Shown in pieces: positions 10,077-19,201 of a stretch of 64,000 nt of DNA. The notes under the pieces are model-generated. The model ran no database searches. It was not told the origin of the DNA and saw nothing but the letters and a program-made list of their open reading frames with translations. A program made the translations under genes and the position numbers. Each line of letters opens with the position of its first letter. The stretch's first letter is position 1. This stretch comes from a virus, in the IMG/VR virus record IMGVR_UViG_3300018022_000004; one strand, written 5' to 3'.

Positions 10077-10478
10077 ATGGCAGGGGGATGCGACGAGAGG
10101 GTGTTCGACCACGAGAACTACCAGGAGAACCTCGCCATCTGGAACATGTACGGCTCCGAGCTGGCGGGGGACTTCGGTACCAAGCGCTGCGGCAGGCCCG
10201 TGGCCTGGGGCGGCAAGTGCGAGGAGCACAAGGTAGAGCGGAGGAAGGGCGGCCGGGGGCGGAGGAGGGGCGACCGAGAACCCCAGGGACCGCTGGTCAG
10301 CCCCACATGGACCAAGGGGAGACACGTCTGCCGGGGCCTGCACGGCGACCAGCCGCCGAAGGTCAGGGACTACTGCTCCATGTACTGCTCAATCTGCGGG
10401 GGCAACTTTGCCGTAGAGCTTCCATGGGACAGCCCTGGGGAGGGCAAGGATGGAGAGCAAGCAGACACACGAGCATAG
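10077..10478 (+). CDS. Cys-rich hypothetical protein
   Basis: 133 aa; SD upstream. Confidence 0.55.
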   Translation: MAGGCDERVFDHENYQENLAIWNMYGSELAGDFGTKRCGRPVAWGGKCEEHKVERRKGGRGRRRGDREPQGPLVSPTWTKGRHVCRGLHGDQPPKVRDYCSMYCSICGGNFAVELPWDSPGEGKDGEQADTRA

Positions 10479-10598
10479 CTTCGTGCCGACCAGGTACGAC
10501 ACGAGCCTGCTGCGCATCCTCACACTGAGGGACAGCAGGATAGCGGAAGAGACATGCAAGTACTGCGGGGAGAAGCGGGAGCCACAGGAGAACACGGA

Positions 10599-11159
10599 AT
10601 GAGGAAGCCTACCCTGCTGGACAGGGCCGCCTCGTTTGCGGAGAACGCCCTGCACTGGGCCGGAAAGAAGGCCAGGTTCCGGGTACGGCGCTGGAACACG
10701 GCCATGAAGGGCTGGAAGGGGGAGGACGTCCGGGTCATCGTGGACTGCTCCGACGACGTATGGTACTGGGCGCTCCTCGACTGGCTGTGGGAGTGGCAGG
10801 GATGGCTGTGCCATGGCCTCGGTTACGTCCCGCTCCCCAGGCTCGTCACCCGCATCAAGGGGCACTGGGACAAGGACGACCCCAAGTACTATGCCCCCAT
10901 AAGCGACTGGTTCGGGGACGACGTAGGGGCGTTCTGGCATATCTGGGTATGCGACCCCGTGTTCCATTGGATATGGCCGCACCTCGACAGGCACCAGCTA
11001 CAGCTTGAGCTTACGGTGGAGGAGGCCGGCAAGAGGCTCTACCACGACAGGTACGAGTGGGTAGAGGAGGAGATAAGGCAGCACGAGAGGTACGATGCCG
11101 AGCACCCCGACAGGGATGCATGGGAGAAGGATGGCCAACAGGACACTGACAACGATTAA
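10599..11159 (+). CDS. Trp-rich hypothetical protein
   Basis: 186-aa ORF; ATGA overlap with a 50-aa ORF at 10450-10602. Confidence 0.65.
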   Translation: MRKPTLLDRAASFAENALHWAGKKARFRVRRWNTAMKGWKGEDVRVIVDCSDDVWYWALLDWLWEWQGWLCHGLGYVPLPRLVTRIKGHWDKDDPKYYAPISDWFGDDVGAFWHIWVCDPVFHWIWPHLDRHQLQLELTVEEAGKRLYHDRYEWVEEEIRQHERYDAEHPDRDAWEKDGQQDTDND

Positions 11160-11613
11160 CGACCAGAGCAACCTGGACTTCCACGAGGGGATGGTGGCCC
11201 GCATGGAGGCAGCGTACCACTCCTACGGGGACTACCGCAGCAACTTCAGGGGAAGGTACAGGAAGGCCTTCCTGAAGGACGTGGGCGAGCACCTCGGGGC
11301 GATAGTGGACAGGTGGAAGACCAGCGTGCCGGATACCACCAACGCCAACTGCAACGCCGTGCTGTCGGCCATAGAGAGGCTGAAGCTGTACGTCGCAGGG
11401 GGCACCACGAGGGGAGGGGAGGTAGGGCCGGGCAACACCGAGTACCTGATGGACTCCTCCAACTTCGAGATGATTGAGTACTCCTTCCCGCAGGTCCCCA
11501 AGGCAAGGTTCGAGGCCACGGACTACCTCGGCTCCCCGGGGTCATGCGGCGAGGGGGAGGGCGAGATAGCGATAGCGGCTGCCTGTACCTACGGCGACAG
11601 GAGGGGAGACTAG
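11131..11613 (+). CDS. phage hypothetical protein (RM..xYG...NTEYLxDxxNF type)
   Basis: Motif recalled from small all-alpha phage proteins; function unknown. Confidence 0.6.
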   Translation: MANRTLTTINDQSNLDFHEGMVARMEAAYHSYGDYRSNFRGRYRKAFLKDVGEHLGAIVDRWKTSVPDTTNANCNAVLSAIERLKLYVAGGTTRGGEVGPGNTEYLMDSSNFEMIEYSFPQVPKARFEATDYLGSPGSCGEGEGEIAIAAACTYGDRRGD

Positions 11614-11617
11614 CGCA

Positions 11618-12052
11618 ATGGCAGCTACAGTACCGGTATTCATCAACCGTGCCCCGTGGAACGAGCTTGTCCTGCGGGGCAGGAGGCACGTCAAGACGCT
11701 CTCCTTCCCGTGGAAGTACCGTGGCCCTATCCTCCTGTATACCTCCAAGGACAGGGAGGATGCCGAGGGATGGGACATCTACGGCCTCCCGCAGGAGGCC
11801 AGGGTCCTCAAGGGCGCAATCGTGGGGACGGCGGTCGTCACCAACGTGGTGCCCACCGAGAAGGCCCCGGACGAGTGGTACATCGAGGACCCGCACCTCC
11901 TCGGCACGGACGGGCAGGCCTACCTGGCCCGGGTAGAGAACGTGAGGAGGCTCAGGAAGCCCATCTCGTGGAGGCTGAAGAGGGGGGTTATCAGGATAGG
12001 GAAGGCACCGGCAGGGCTGTTCAGAAGGACCAAATGCTCAGCGTCCCGGTAG
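11618..12052 (+). CDS. ASCH (PUA-like) domain protein
   Basis: INRAPWNELVLRGRR...WKYRGPILL...GAIVG follows the ASCH pattern; GxKxxExR is degenerate. Confidence 0.7.
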   Translation: MAATVPVFINRAPWNELVLRGRRHVKTLSFPWKYRGPILLYTSKDREDAEGWDIYGLPQEARVLKGAIVGTAVVTNVVPTEKAPDEWYIEDPHLLGTDGQAYLARVENVRRLRKPISWRLKRGVIRIGKAPAGLFRRTKCSASR

Positions 12053-13044
12053 GCATAGAGCGTATCAACCTGGTCTGGAGCACGGACTGGCACCTCAGCG
12101 CCGTGCCTCCAGGCCGGCGTGCCGACGACTACCTGGCAGCCATCCTGGCGAAGCTGGAGTTCGTCCGGCAGGTGACCGAGAAAGTGCAGGGCGTGGCGCT
12201 CTGCGGGGGCGACGTGTTCCATATCAAGAGCGCACGGCACCCCGCCAACTCGCTGTCCATGCTGGCCCTCGTGACCAGGGCCCTCAGGCTGTTCCAGACG
12301 GGCAGGGTCTACGGGGCGGTCGGTAACCACGACCTGGCATGGGGGGAGAGGATGGACTCCCTCCCCGGCCAGCCCCTCGGGGTGCTGCTGGCGGCAGGGG
12401 CATACTATCCTCTCTGGGAGGACCCGGTTCTGGTCCGCAACGGGCCGTCGGGGCTGGGGCTGGCGGCACAGGTCGAGTCCTTCCCCTACGGGCATGCGGA
12501 GGAGACGCTGGGGAGGATAATGGCCTCCCGCAGGCACCCGGACGCCCGATGGCACGTGGGCATAGTCCATGCCTACGGCGGGCCGGAGGGGGGGTCGTAC
12601 TGGGGGGAGAGGGTCATCGGCTACGACCAGGTGGCCGGGTCGGACTTCGACTTCCTGCTCTGGGGGCACGACCACGGGCGCAAGGGGATAGAGAAGGTAG
12701 GCAGCACGGTCCACGTCCAGCTAGGGAGCCTCGCCAGGGCCGCCCTGGACACGGACCAGGAGGAGCGCCCCGTGGCGATAGCGGTAGTCTCCCTGGCAAA
12801 GGAAGAGAAGGACAACAAGGTCAGGGAGATAGCCGTGCCCGTAAAGCCCCTGGAGGAGGTGTTCACGGTGGCCGACCGGGGGGTCAGGAAGGTGGAGAAG
12901 AGCGACGAGATGAAGCGGTTCTTCGCCGGGCTGGAGGAGAAGGTCGGGGGCATAGAGGCCGCCGACCCTACGGAGGCCCTGAAGGAGCTGTGCAGGGACG
13001 ACCCCAGGCTCCTGGCCCTGGTGCGGGAGCTTTGCGGGCTATAG
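12034..13044 (+). CDS. Mre11/SbcD-like metallophosphoesterase nuclease
   Basis: TDWH, GGDVF, GNHD, H, GHDH motifs; GSLAR. Confidence 0.8.
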   Translation: MLSVPVGIERINLVWSTDWHLSAVPPGRRADDYLAAILAKLEFVRQVTEKVQGVALCGGDVFHIKSARHPANSLSMLALVTRALRLFQTGRVYGAVGNHDLAWGERMDSLPGQPLGVLLAAGAYYPLWEDPVLVRNGPSGLGLAAQVESFPYGHAEETLGRIMASRRHPDARWHVGIVHAYGGPEGGSYWGERVIGYDQVAGSDFDFLLWGHDHGRKGIEKVGSTVHVQLGSLARAALDTDQEERPVAIAVVSLAKEEKDNKVREIAVPVKPLEEVFTVADRGVRKVEKSDEMKRFFAGLEEKVGGIEAADPTEALKELCRDDPRLLALVRELCGL

Positions 13045-13058
13045 GAGTATCTACCCAT

Positions 13059-13292
13059 ATGGCAGAAGCGGACGACGAGAGGAAGCAGAGGCGCACGAAC
13101 AGGGGGCTTGCGACGGCCCTGCTGGTGATGGTGTTCACGGCGGGGTCTGCACTCAGCGCAGCCACGGCCGCCTATTTCGTGAACCAGCCCATATACCCCA
13201 ACTTCCCGATAGGGTGCGGTTTTGCGGCAGTGGTCCTCGGGCTAGCCGCCGTCATCACGGCAGGGGTATCGGCCTCCATGGAGGAGCGGTGA
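13059..13292 (+). CDS. small two-TM membrane protein
   Basis: Two hydrophobic helices. Confidence 0.55.
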   Translation: MAEADDERKQRRTNRGLATALLVMVFTAGSALSAATAAYFVNQPIYPNFPIGCGFAAVVLGLAAVITAGVSASMEER

Positions 13293-13738
13293 GCGACGCA
13301 TTCTCGGACATAGCCAAGGACGGGCACAGGGCGGCGGCGGTCAGCAACTACTACGACGCCCTGCTGGAGTGGCTCGGGGACCGGACGCCGGAGAAGGAAG
13401 AGAGGGTCAGGAAGCTGGCCGCCTATGCCGACGCCATGGGGGGATACGGGTACTGGTCCTCCCCTACCGCCCTCAAGAAGAGGCTGGACGACAGGCTCAG
13501 GGGGCTGGCCTCCGGCGACGAGCAGGAGTGGGTGGCGGTCATCGCCGGGCTGGAGTCATGGAGCGCCGGGGACTTCCTGGAGGCATCCCCCTTCAAGGGC
13601 ATGACCCTCGTCATGCACAAGGGCGTCTGGAACCCCACCGTGGTAGGCATGGGAAGAGAGTGCAGGCACTTCAGGTGGGTGTGGAACGACGAAAAATACC
13701 GGATAGGGGACAACGGCAGGTGGGAGGCCTGCAAGTAG
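13289..13738 (+). CDS. hypothetical protein
   Basis: GTGA overlap; 149 aa. Confidence 0.6.
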   Translation: MSDAFSDIAKDGHRAAAVSNYYDALLEWLGDRTPEKEERVRKLAAYADAMGGYGYWSSPTALKKRLDDRLRGLASGDEQEWVAVIAGLESWSAGDFLEASPFKGMTLVMHKGVWNPTVVGMGRECRHFRWVWNDEKYRIGDNGRWEACK

Positions 13739-13760
13739 TTATGCCGCAGAAGGGGGCTGA

Positions 13761-14180
13761 ATGGTCACTATATACCTGTCGGGGGGCATAAAGGACCTCA
13801 CCGACGAGCAGGCCTATGGGTGGAGGAAGGGGGTCGTAGAACACTACAAGGGCTACGACGTGAGGATACTCGTCCCCACGAGGCTACAGTACAGGCCGGA
13901 CATGGACATCCATGCCGCCTGCCTATGGCTTACCAAGCGTGACAAGGTGGCCATCCTCGACTCGGACATCGTGCTTGCCTACTGCCCCAGGCCTAGCTGG
14001 GGCACCGCCATGGAGATAATCTACGCCCAGGAGCACGGCAAGTGGGTCATCACGGTATGCGACGACCCGGAGCCTAGCCCCTGGCTCGTGGCCCACTCCG
14101 ACGCCATAGTCGGCACCTTCAAGGAGGCATACTCGGAGGTCAAGAAGGTCATCAAGGACATGGAGGTCCTGCTGGGGTAA
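13761..14180 (+). CDS. nucleoside 2-deoxyribosyltransferase-like protein
   Basis: IYLSGGI...WR...D...SDIVLA...SWGTAMEI. Confidence 0.8.
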   Translation: MVTIYLSGGIKDLTDEQAYGWRKGVVEHYKGYDVRILVPTRLQYRPDMDIHAACLWLTKRDKVAILDSDIVLAYCPRPSWGTAMEIIYAQEHGKWVITVCDDPEPSPWLVAHSDAIVGTFKEAYSEVKKVIKDMEVLLG

Positions 14181-14262
14181 GCCCGGAGGCTCTCCCAGGC
14201 GAGGTATACTACCTGAAGGGCGTGGGCGGAAGGCCCCACGAGAAGGAACCCCTGTCCGGAAA

Positions 14263-14886
14263 ATGCCTACAGCAAAGGGACAACCGAACCTGTTCTTCAC
14301 CGCCGACTGGCACTTCAACCATGACTTCATAGCCAGGAAGAGGGGCTTCGCCAGCACGCAGGAGATGAACGAGGCCATCATGGCCGCCTACAACGCCGTA
14401 GTCAGGCCGGGGGACCTCGTGTACGTGCTCGGGGACCTCTTCGTCAAGGGCACGGCCGAGCAGGCGATGGAAATCCGCAAGCGCCTGAACGGCAACATCT
14501 ACGCCATAGAGGGCAACCACGACAGCATAGCCAGGAGGCTGGCGAGGCAGGGGGCCTTCGTGTGGCTGCGGCACTACGAGGAGCTGAGGATAGGCCCCCC
14601 GTGGTTCGAGGGGGAGAAGCAGCTCATCGTCCTCTCCCACTATGCCTTCAGGACATGGAGGAACGCCGGGCACGGCTCCTGGATGCTCTACGGCCACTCC
14701 CACACCAACCTGCCGGAGATTCCCCACTACCTGTCCTTCGACGTAGGGGTGGACGGCCAGGGGATGGCCCCCGTGTCCTTGGAGGAGGTCATCGGCAAGA
14801 TGCGCCTTAGGCGTCCCGCCTTCGACTCCTGGAGGGCCAGCCTCGGCCCCGGCGACCCGCTGGAGTTCACGGACGAGGGGGATTGA
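14263..14886 (+). CDS. calcineurin-like metallophosphoesterase (phage type)
   Basis: TADWHFNH, LGD, GNHD, LSHY, YGHSH, DVGVD. Confidence 0.85.
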   Translation: MPTAKGQPNLFFTADWHFNHDFIARKRGFASTQEMNEAIMAAYNAVVRPGDLVYVLGDLFVKGTAEQAMEIRKRLNGNIYAIEGNHDSIARRLARQGAFVWLRHYEELRIGPPWFEGEKQLIVLSHYAFRTWRNAGHGSWMLYGHSHTNLPEIPHYLSFDVGVDGQGMAPVSLEEVIGKMRLRRPAFDSWRASLGPGDPLEFTDEGD

Positions 14887-14902
14887 GGTAGTATTAGGCT
14901 GC

Positions 14903-15253
14903 ATGGAGCCTGAGGTCACGCTTGTGCAGCCCCGGCCGACAGGGGAGGAGACGGAGGAGACGGACGTAGGGAGGAGGGCCATCGAGTTCCTCACCTACAT
15001 AGGCCACCCGGAGATAGCCAGGGACCACGAGAGGCGCATCGACTGGGGGGAGAAGAAGTACGGGCAGCGCCTCAGGACGTTCAACGGCAGGGACAGCGTC
15101 CTGGACTGCTACCAGGAGTGCCTGGACGGGATATCCTACTCTACCCAGGCATGGATGGAGGGCAGGGACCCCTACGGGGTGGCCATGTCCCTGTTCGGCG
15201 CAGCGGCGGTCGTGCTGCGGGAGATAATGGACAGGCAGAAAGACCAGAGATGA
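14903..15253 (+). CDS. phage all-alpha protein, possible NTP pyrophosphohydrolase-like
   Basis: KKYG..L.TFNGRD..LD.YQE.LD pattern. Confidence 0.5.
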   Translation: MEPEVTLVQPRPTGEETEETDVGRRAIEFLTYIGHPEIARDHERRIDWGEKKYGQRLRTFNGRDSVLDCYQECLDGISYSTQAWMEGRDPYGVAMSLFGAAAVVLREIMDRQKDQR

Positions 15254-15810
15254 TAGGCAGGCAAAGGGGGTACAACAGCATGGAGGTCAGGGGAGCATCG
15301 GCACTATTCTTCGTCTTGGCCCTGGCGGCCACCGTATGGTTCTTCGGGCTGATAGCCGACGCAGTGTTCGCAGACTACAACTACTCCAACAGCATCGGGT
15401 CGTACTGGGAGCTGGGGGTGAAGGCCAGCACCCTGGAGAAGAAGGCAGACTACCTGGACAGGTTCGTGGGGGCCCTGGAGAAGGGGAACCTGGCGGACAG
15501 CTCCGCCCTATGGCTCAAGACGCCGGACAACTCCACGGAGCAGAACTTCGTGGCCCTCAGGAGCCTCCAGAAGCGCATGCACGAGATACAGGCCATGGAC
15601 GTCAAGAGCTTCGAGTACCAGCAGGCCATGGCGCAGATTACCGGACAGGAGCAGGACGAGGCCAAGAACATGCTCGGCGTCTTCAAGGAGGCGTGGTACA
15701 TGAACCACCACTTCTTCCTCTGGGACTGGATGGCGCTCATCAGCTTCATAGGGATACTCATCCTGGCCGTGGTGTTCTGGGCCCTGTTCGGGGCCTCGGT
15801 ATCCGACTGA
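15250..15810 (+). CDS. membrane protein with N- and C-terminal TM helices
   Basis: Hydrophobic ends; 186 aa. Confidence 0.65.
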   Translation: MIGRQRGYNSMEVRGASALFFVLALAATVWFFGLIADAVFADYNYSNSIGSYWELGVKASTLEKKADYLDRFVGALEKGNLADSSALWLKTPDNSTEQNFVALRSLQKRMHEIQAMDVKSFEYQQAMAQITGQEQDEAKNMLGVFKEAWYMNHHFFLWDWMALISFIGILILAVVFWALFGASVSD

Positions 15811-16028
15811 TGCGCAGCGGGGCCAAGGACGAGGTAAGGGCGGACCCCAGGAGGTTCGCCGACCATGGCAAGCCGTGCCCGGAGTGCGGCGGGCCGGGGA
15901 TACAGGTGTGCGCAGGGTGCAGGCAGCCCTCCAGGAGCACCACGGACTGCGGGTGCCCCTGCGGCACCTACTACCTATGCATGGCAGCCTTCCTAGGGGA
16001 GGGATGCCCTGCGGAGAGGAGGCACTAA
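15810..16028 (+). CDS. small Cys-rich protein
   Basis: CPEC, CAGC, CGCPCG. Confidence 0.55.
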   Translation: MRSGAKDEVRADPRRFADHGKPCPECGGPGIQVCAGCRQPSRSTTDCGCPCGTYYLCMAAFLGEGCPAERRH

Positions 16029-16231
16029 TGGGCATGAACTGCCTAAGATGTGCAACAGAGGTGAAGGAGTTCTACACGGTCAAGCTGACCAGGGTACGGA
16101 GGCTGGGGGGGTTCACCGAGAAGATGTACGCCCTGGCCGAGTGCCCCGGATGCGGGCACTGCGAGCTTCTGGCCAACGGAAGCCCGCTGCTCGACGGCAT
16201 GAAGCCCTCCACAAAAGTCCAGGAGGAGTAG
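16028..16231 (+). CDS. small zinc-ribbon protein
   Basis: CLRC...CPGC; TAATG coupling. Confidence 0.55.
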   Translation: MGMNCLRCATEVKEFYTVKLTRVRRLGGFTEKMYALAECPGCGHCELLANGSPLLDGMKPSTKVQEE

Positions 16232-16432
16232 GCGTCCGATGGTTGACCTTTCTAGGCTCTGCCGGGCAGTCCAGCCTGTCCCCCTCGTTGCACTTCCCGG
16301 CCATGCCGGGGTGGTTACTACCCACCGGAGGGAGGGGGCACCGCATGTATGCACCCTGGAGAAAGGCCACAAGGGGAAGCACCGTTGCGGGATGCTGACG
16401 AACGAGGCGTGGGAGCAGTACTGCCATAGGGA

Positions 16433-16681
16433 GTGGTGATGACAGACAAGAAGCTGGTGTTCCTGTTGGCGGTCTTGGCGGGGGCCGCTGTCCGGGCGGT
16501 ACAGGAGGGCAGGCCCGGTGCGGTCGCTGCCCAGACGGTCGCCTACGCAGGCACCGTGCCCGACAGGAACCTAGAGAGGCTCGACATAAGCGAGGCCGCC
16601 GAGGAGTACCTGGACTACTGCCTCCAGCTTAGGCTCAGTACGCCGGACAGCATCCCCGAGCCTGCCTGGTGTAGGGGGTAA
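16433..16681 (+). CDS. small hypothetical protein
   Basis: 82 aa; hydrophobic N-terminus. Confidence 0.5.
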   Translation: MVMTDKKLVFLLAVLAGAAVRAVQEGRPGAVAAQTVAYAGTVPDRNLERLDISEAAEEYLDYCLQLRLSTPDSIPEPAWCRG

Positions 16682-16705
16682 GAAGGACAAGGAAGGCATA
16701 TAGCT

Positions 16706-17683
16706 ATGGACGAGATTTACCAGAGAGTAGCAGAGTGCCTGGGGCAGGAGGTGGACGCCCTGTTCGCCTCCGAGGAGTCCCTCAGGGCGAGGTTCGAGGC
16801 CCTGTTCCCCAAGCTGCCCTTCGACCGCACGAGCCACTGGGCGGGCATCATGTGGAAGGCCTTCCGGGACGCATGGCTGGAGGCAGGGCCCGAGGTCAAG
16901 GGGGAGCCTACCGGCTACGACCGCAACTGCGTGCTCAAGAGGCTTGCCCCACTGCTGGACTACAGCCTGTTCACCCAGGTCATGCTCAACCTCCAGAGCT
17001 ATGCCGGGATGGCATACCAGGCAAGGGACGCCGAGGCGGATATCAGGAGGCTCCAGGACGAGTGGCCAAAGAACTCTAAGCTGAGGCCTTTCGAGCCGAA
17101 GGCCAAGATGGCCAAGGATGCTTCCACCGAGGAGGAGAAGAGGTACAACCTCGTCCTCAGCACCCTCCGCTCCCTCAGGACAATCTCCGGCTTCACGCCG
17201 CAGATATCCTTTCGGGTCAGCCCCAAGGGCAGCACCCCGGCCCTGGTGGACAGCAACAACATCAGCAGCCTCGGCATAGGGGCGGACAGGTACCTGAGGG
17301 TCCTGCCGGGGCTGAGGGCGTTCTATATCTCCTGGGCACCCGGCATGGGTCCGGCGATGGCGACCCCCTACCAGTTCGGGGCAGAGGTGAGGTTCCAGGC
17401 AGAGGGCATCCCCTACATGTTCCAGTCCAAGTCGGGGGGGGAGGTCCTCCAGCAGGTGCTCTTCGCCAGGAAGGTCGCCTACGAGGTGTTCCTGGCCCAC
17501 GACGTGGTCACGGAGGCGTGCATCATCCTGCCCAGGATGAGTTCCGTCCTGACCGTGTCGGAGGAGAACGGGACAAGCGTCAGGAGGGCGTTCGAGGGGC
17601 TGAAGGCAAGGTATGCCTGCCTGGAGTTCTCGGAGGGGGTCAGGGACAAGGCAGGGGAGAGGGCCACAGGCCCCCTCCTATAG
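16706..17683 (+). CDS. hypothetical protein (325 aa)
   Basis: Long ORF with SD. Confidence 0.75.
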   Translation: MDEIYQRVAECLGQEVDALFASEESLRARFEALFPKLPFDRTSHWAGIMWKAFRDAWLEAGPEVKGEPTGYDRNCVLKRLAPLLDYSLFTQVMLNLQSYAGMAYQARDAEADIRRLQDEWPKNSKLRPFEPKAKMAKDASTEEEKRYNLVLSTLRSLRTISGFTPQISFRVSPKGSTPALVDSNNISSLGIGADRYLRVLPGLRAFYISWAPGMGPAMATPYQFGAEVRFQAEGIPYMFQSKSGGEVLQQVLFARKVAYEVFLAHDVVTEACIILPRMSSVLTVSEENGTSVRRAFEGLKARYACLEFSEGVRDKAGERATGPLL

Positions 17684-17724
17684 CATTTTGGCCCCTGCGG
17701 GGCAGGAAGGGCATACAGACCAAT

Positions 17725-18573
17725 CTAGGACCAGACAGGCCCCAGGTGGCACATGTGGCTGTCGCTGACGTAAGGCCCGTTGCCGCTGGGGTCCACGCCG
17801 CCCAGGTACCCATAGGGCATGAAGAAGTTCCCGTTGTTCCCCCACGAGAATCCCCAGCTATTCCTGGCGCACAGAGCGCCGGCCGGCAGGCCCGGGAAGG
17901 TGAACGTGTCGTTGTACCCCCAGACGCATACGGCATGCCCGCCGAGGAGCTGCTCCTTGGCCTTCGGCATGGTCATGATGCCTGTGGCTGTGGTGGCGCT
18001 GGACTCGAATGACTCGTATACCAGGAACCCCAGCTCGAACACCCAGCCCGCCGCAAGGGCGTTCTTCATGTCCGCCAGGGTATTGAGGGCATAGGTCCTG
18101 CCGACCTTCCAGTGGGCGGCGTCGGCGAAGTCCTTCTTGGACGGCTTCTGGGAGAAGGGCGTGGCGTAAGGCTCGTCGGCGTCCGGGCAGATGCCGAACG
18201 TCCGCATGGATGCCATGGCAGTCGAGACGCTGGACCCGGCATCGTCCGGCACGTCCCCGTTCAGGAGCCTCTCGCAGTAGTACTGGAACTGGGCGCTCAG
18301 GGCCCTGTACCTGCCAGGGTACCTGGTGCTCAGCCACTCTCTGACCTCCTTCGCCCCGAAGGCGGTGCAGGAGCCTTCCTGCCCCTGGTCGTACACGGGC
18401 GGCATCCACTGGAGCTGGCTGACCACGGCAGGCAGCCTCTCGTGGGGAAGGACTACGTGGTCCAGGGAGTAGGCCCGGTGTACCACCCTTGCCTTGGACG
18501 GGACATGGCCATAGGCCCTCCCGGTCCTGTCAGATACGGGGACTAGCACCCTCATTGTCCTGGCCCTCCTCAC
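17725..18573 (-). CDS. papain-like C1A cysteine peptidase
   Basis: DQGQEGSCTAF (oxyanion Q, catalytic C), GGHAV (H), RNSWG (N). Confidence 0.9.
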   Translation of the reverse strand: MRRARTMRVLVPVSDRTGRAYGHVPSKARVVHRAYSLDHVVLPHERLPAVVSQLQWMPPVYDQGQEGSCTAFGAKEVREWLSTRYPGRYRALSAQFQYYCERLLNGDVPDDAGSSVSTAMASMRTFGICPDADEPYATPFSQKPSKKDFADAAHWKVGRTYALNTLADMKNALAAGWVFELGFLVYESFESSATTATGIMTMPKAKEQLLGGHAVCVWGYNDTFTFPGLPAGALCARNSWGFSWGNNGNFFMPYGYLGGVDPSGNGPYVSDSHMCHLGPVWS

Positions 18574-18593
18574 TTAGGAGGCCCGTAGCGGCC

Positions 18594-18640
18594 AAAAAAA
18601 GCCGAGGGCGGGGAGCACGACTACGGTATTCTATAGATGT
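18594..18640 (+). promoter_or_regulatory. putative phage promoter (A-tract, GACTAC, GGTATTCTATAG)
   Basis: Variant of the motif upstream of both tRNA operons. Confidence 0.55.
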
Positions 18641-18867
18641 AGGCAGTTAGGACGTTTCCGGGGGCCACGGACGCAAAACCCCGGTGGTGGACGTGACACG
18701 GTACCTACCGTGGCGCACCCCTGCAAGTCGGGGCCTGACAACCCCGAGCAAGGCCCGCTCCCGGCTGCGGGCGAAGGAGCCGGGTGGTGGACCGGACGGG
18801 ACGGCGTACCGCCGTTACCCGCTGGGCCCGGGGAGGGGGCACTGTCGCAGGTGCCCCGTCCTCTTTT
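18640..18867 (+). ncRNA. putative structured ncRNA (~230 nt), unassigned
   Basis: Lies between a promoter motif and a hairpin+T4; several stems; no convincing ORF. Confidence 0.45.
18831..18867 (+). terminator. putative intrinsic terminator
   Basis: GGGGCAC...GTGCCCC stem, extendable by GAG/CTC, followed by TTTT. Confidence 0.5.
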
Positions 18868-18984
18868 CCTGTCAGGGACAGGAGGTGGGACATGTAGAGC
18901 ATAGCCCTTACTTAACCTGACTTTTCACAAGCGCCTAGATAAGCAGTGAGCAGCAGGGGGAGGCCGTCCCTCCCCCTGCGCTAG

Positions 18985-19030
18985 AAAAAAAGTTCCCGAG
19001 AATCTCGACTACCGGTGGTATTATATAGGT
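18985..19030 (+). promoter_or_regulatory. promoter of tRNA operon 1
   Basis: A7 tract, then CGACTACCGGTGGTATTATATAG; near-identical motif at 41809-41834. Confidence 0.7.
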
Positions 19031-19043
19031 GGAGAAAGCGGCC

Positions 19044-19136
19044 ATGAACAGCCTATCGTACAACTCGTCGTCCTTGAGCTATAGCAGCTCCCTGCTTAGC
19101 AGCTCCCTCGTGTTGTCCGATGGCTGGAACGGGTAA
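19044..19136 (+). CDS. attenuator leader peptide 1, MNSLSYNSSSLSYSSSLLSSSLVLSDGWNG
   Basis: GGAG SD at 19031-19034; 13 Ser, 6 Leu, 2 Tyr in 30 codons; precedes a Tyr/Leu/Ser-only tRNA operon. Confidence 0.85.
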   Translation: MNSLSYNSSSLSYSSSLLSSSLVLSDGWNG

Positions 19137-19168
19137 AGGCCAGCAAAATCGGGCAAGACGAGGCGGCT
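19098..19168 (+). promoter_or_regulatory. antiterminator helix of attenuator 1
   Basis: 19106-19121 pairs with 19148-19163 (15/16 incl. one G-U); inner GCTGG/CCAGC hairpin; overlaps the terminator 5' arm. Confidence 0.75.
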
Positions 19169-19190
19169 GAGAAGCCGCCGTTTTTGTTTT
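19162..19190 (+). terminator. attenuator terminator 1
   Basis: GGCGGCT-GAGA-AGCCGCC then GTTTTTGTTTT. Confidence 0.9.
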
Positions 19191-19201
19191 ATGGGGTTTT
19201 T

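Noticed and set aside
18650-18720. c-di-GMP-I (GEMM) riboswitch, suggested by GGACGCAAAACC
   Set aside because: No GAAA-capped P2 stem or receptor in the right arrangement, and no downstream gene controlled.
18953-18980. Terminator at the 11-bp GC hairpin before operon 1
   Set aside because: It is followed by an A tract on + and has no T run in the right orientation on either strand; the A tract fits an UP-like element.
19030-19200. T-box riboswitch control of either tRNA operon
   Set aside because: No T-box consensus or Stem I motifs; the leader ORF explains the structure.
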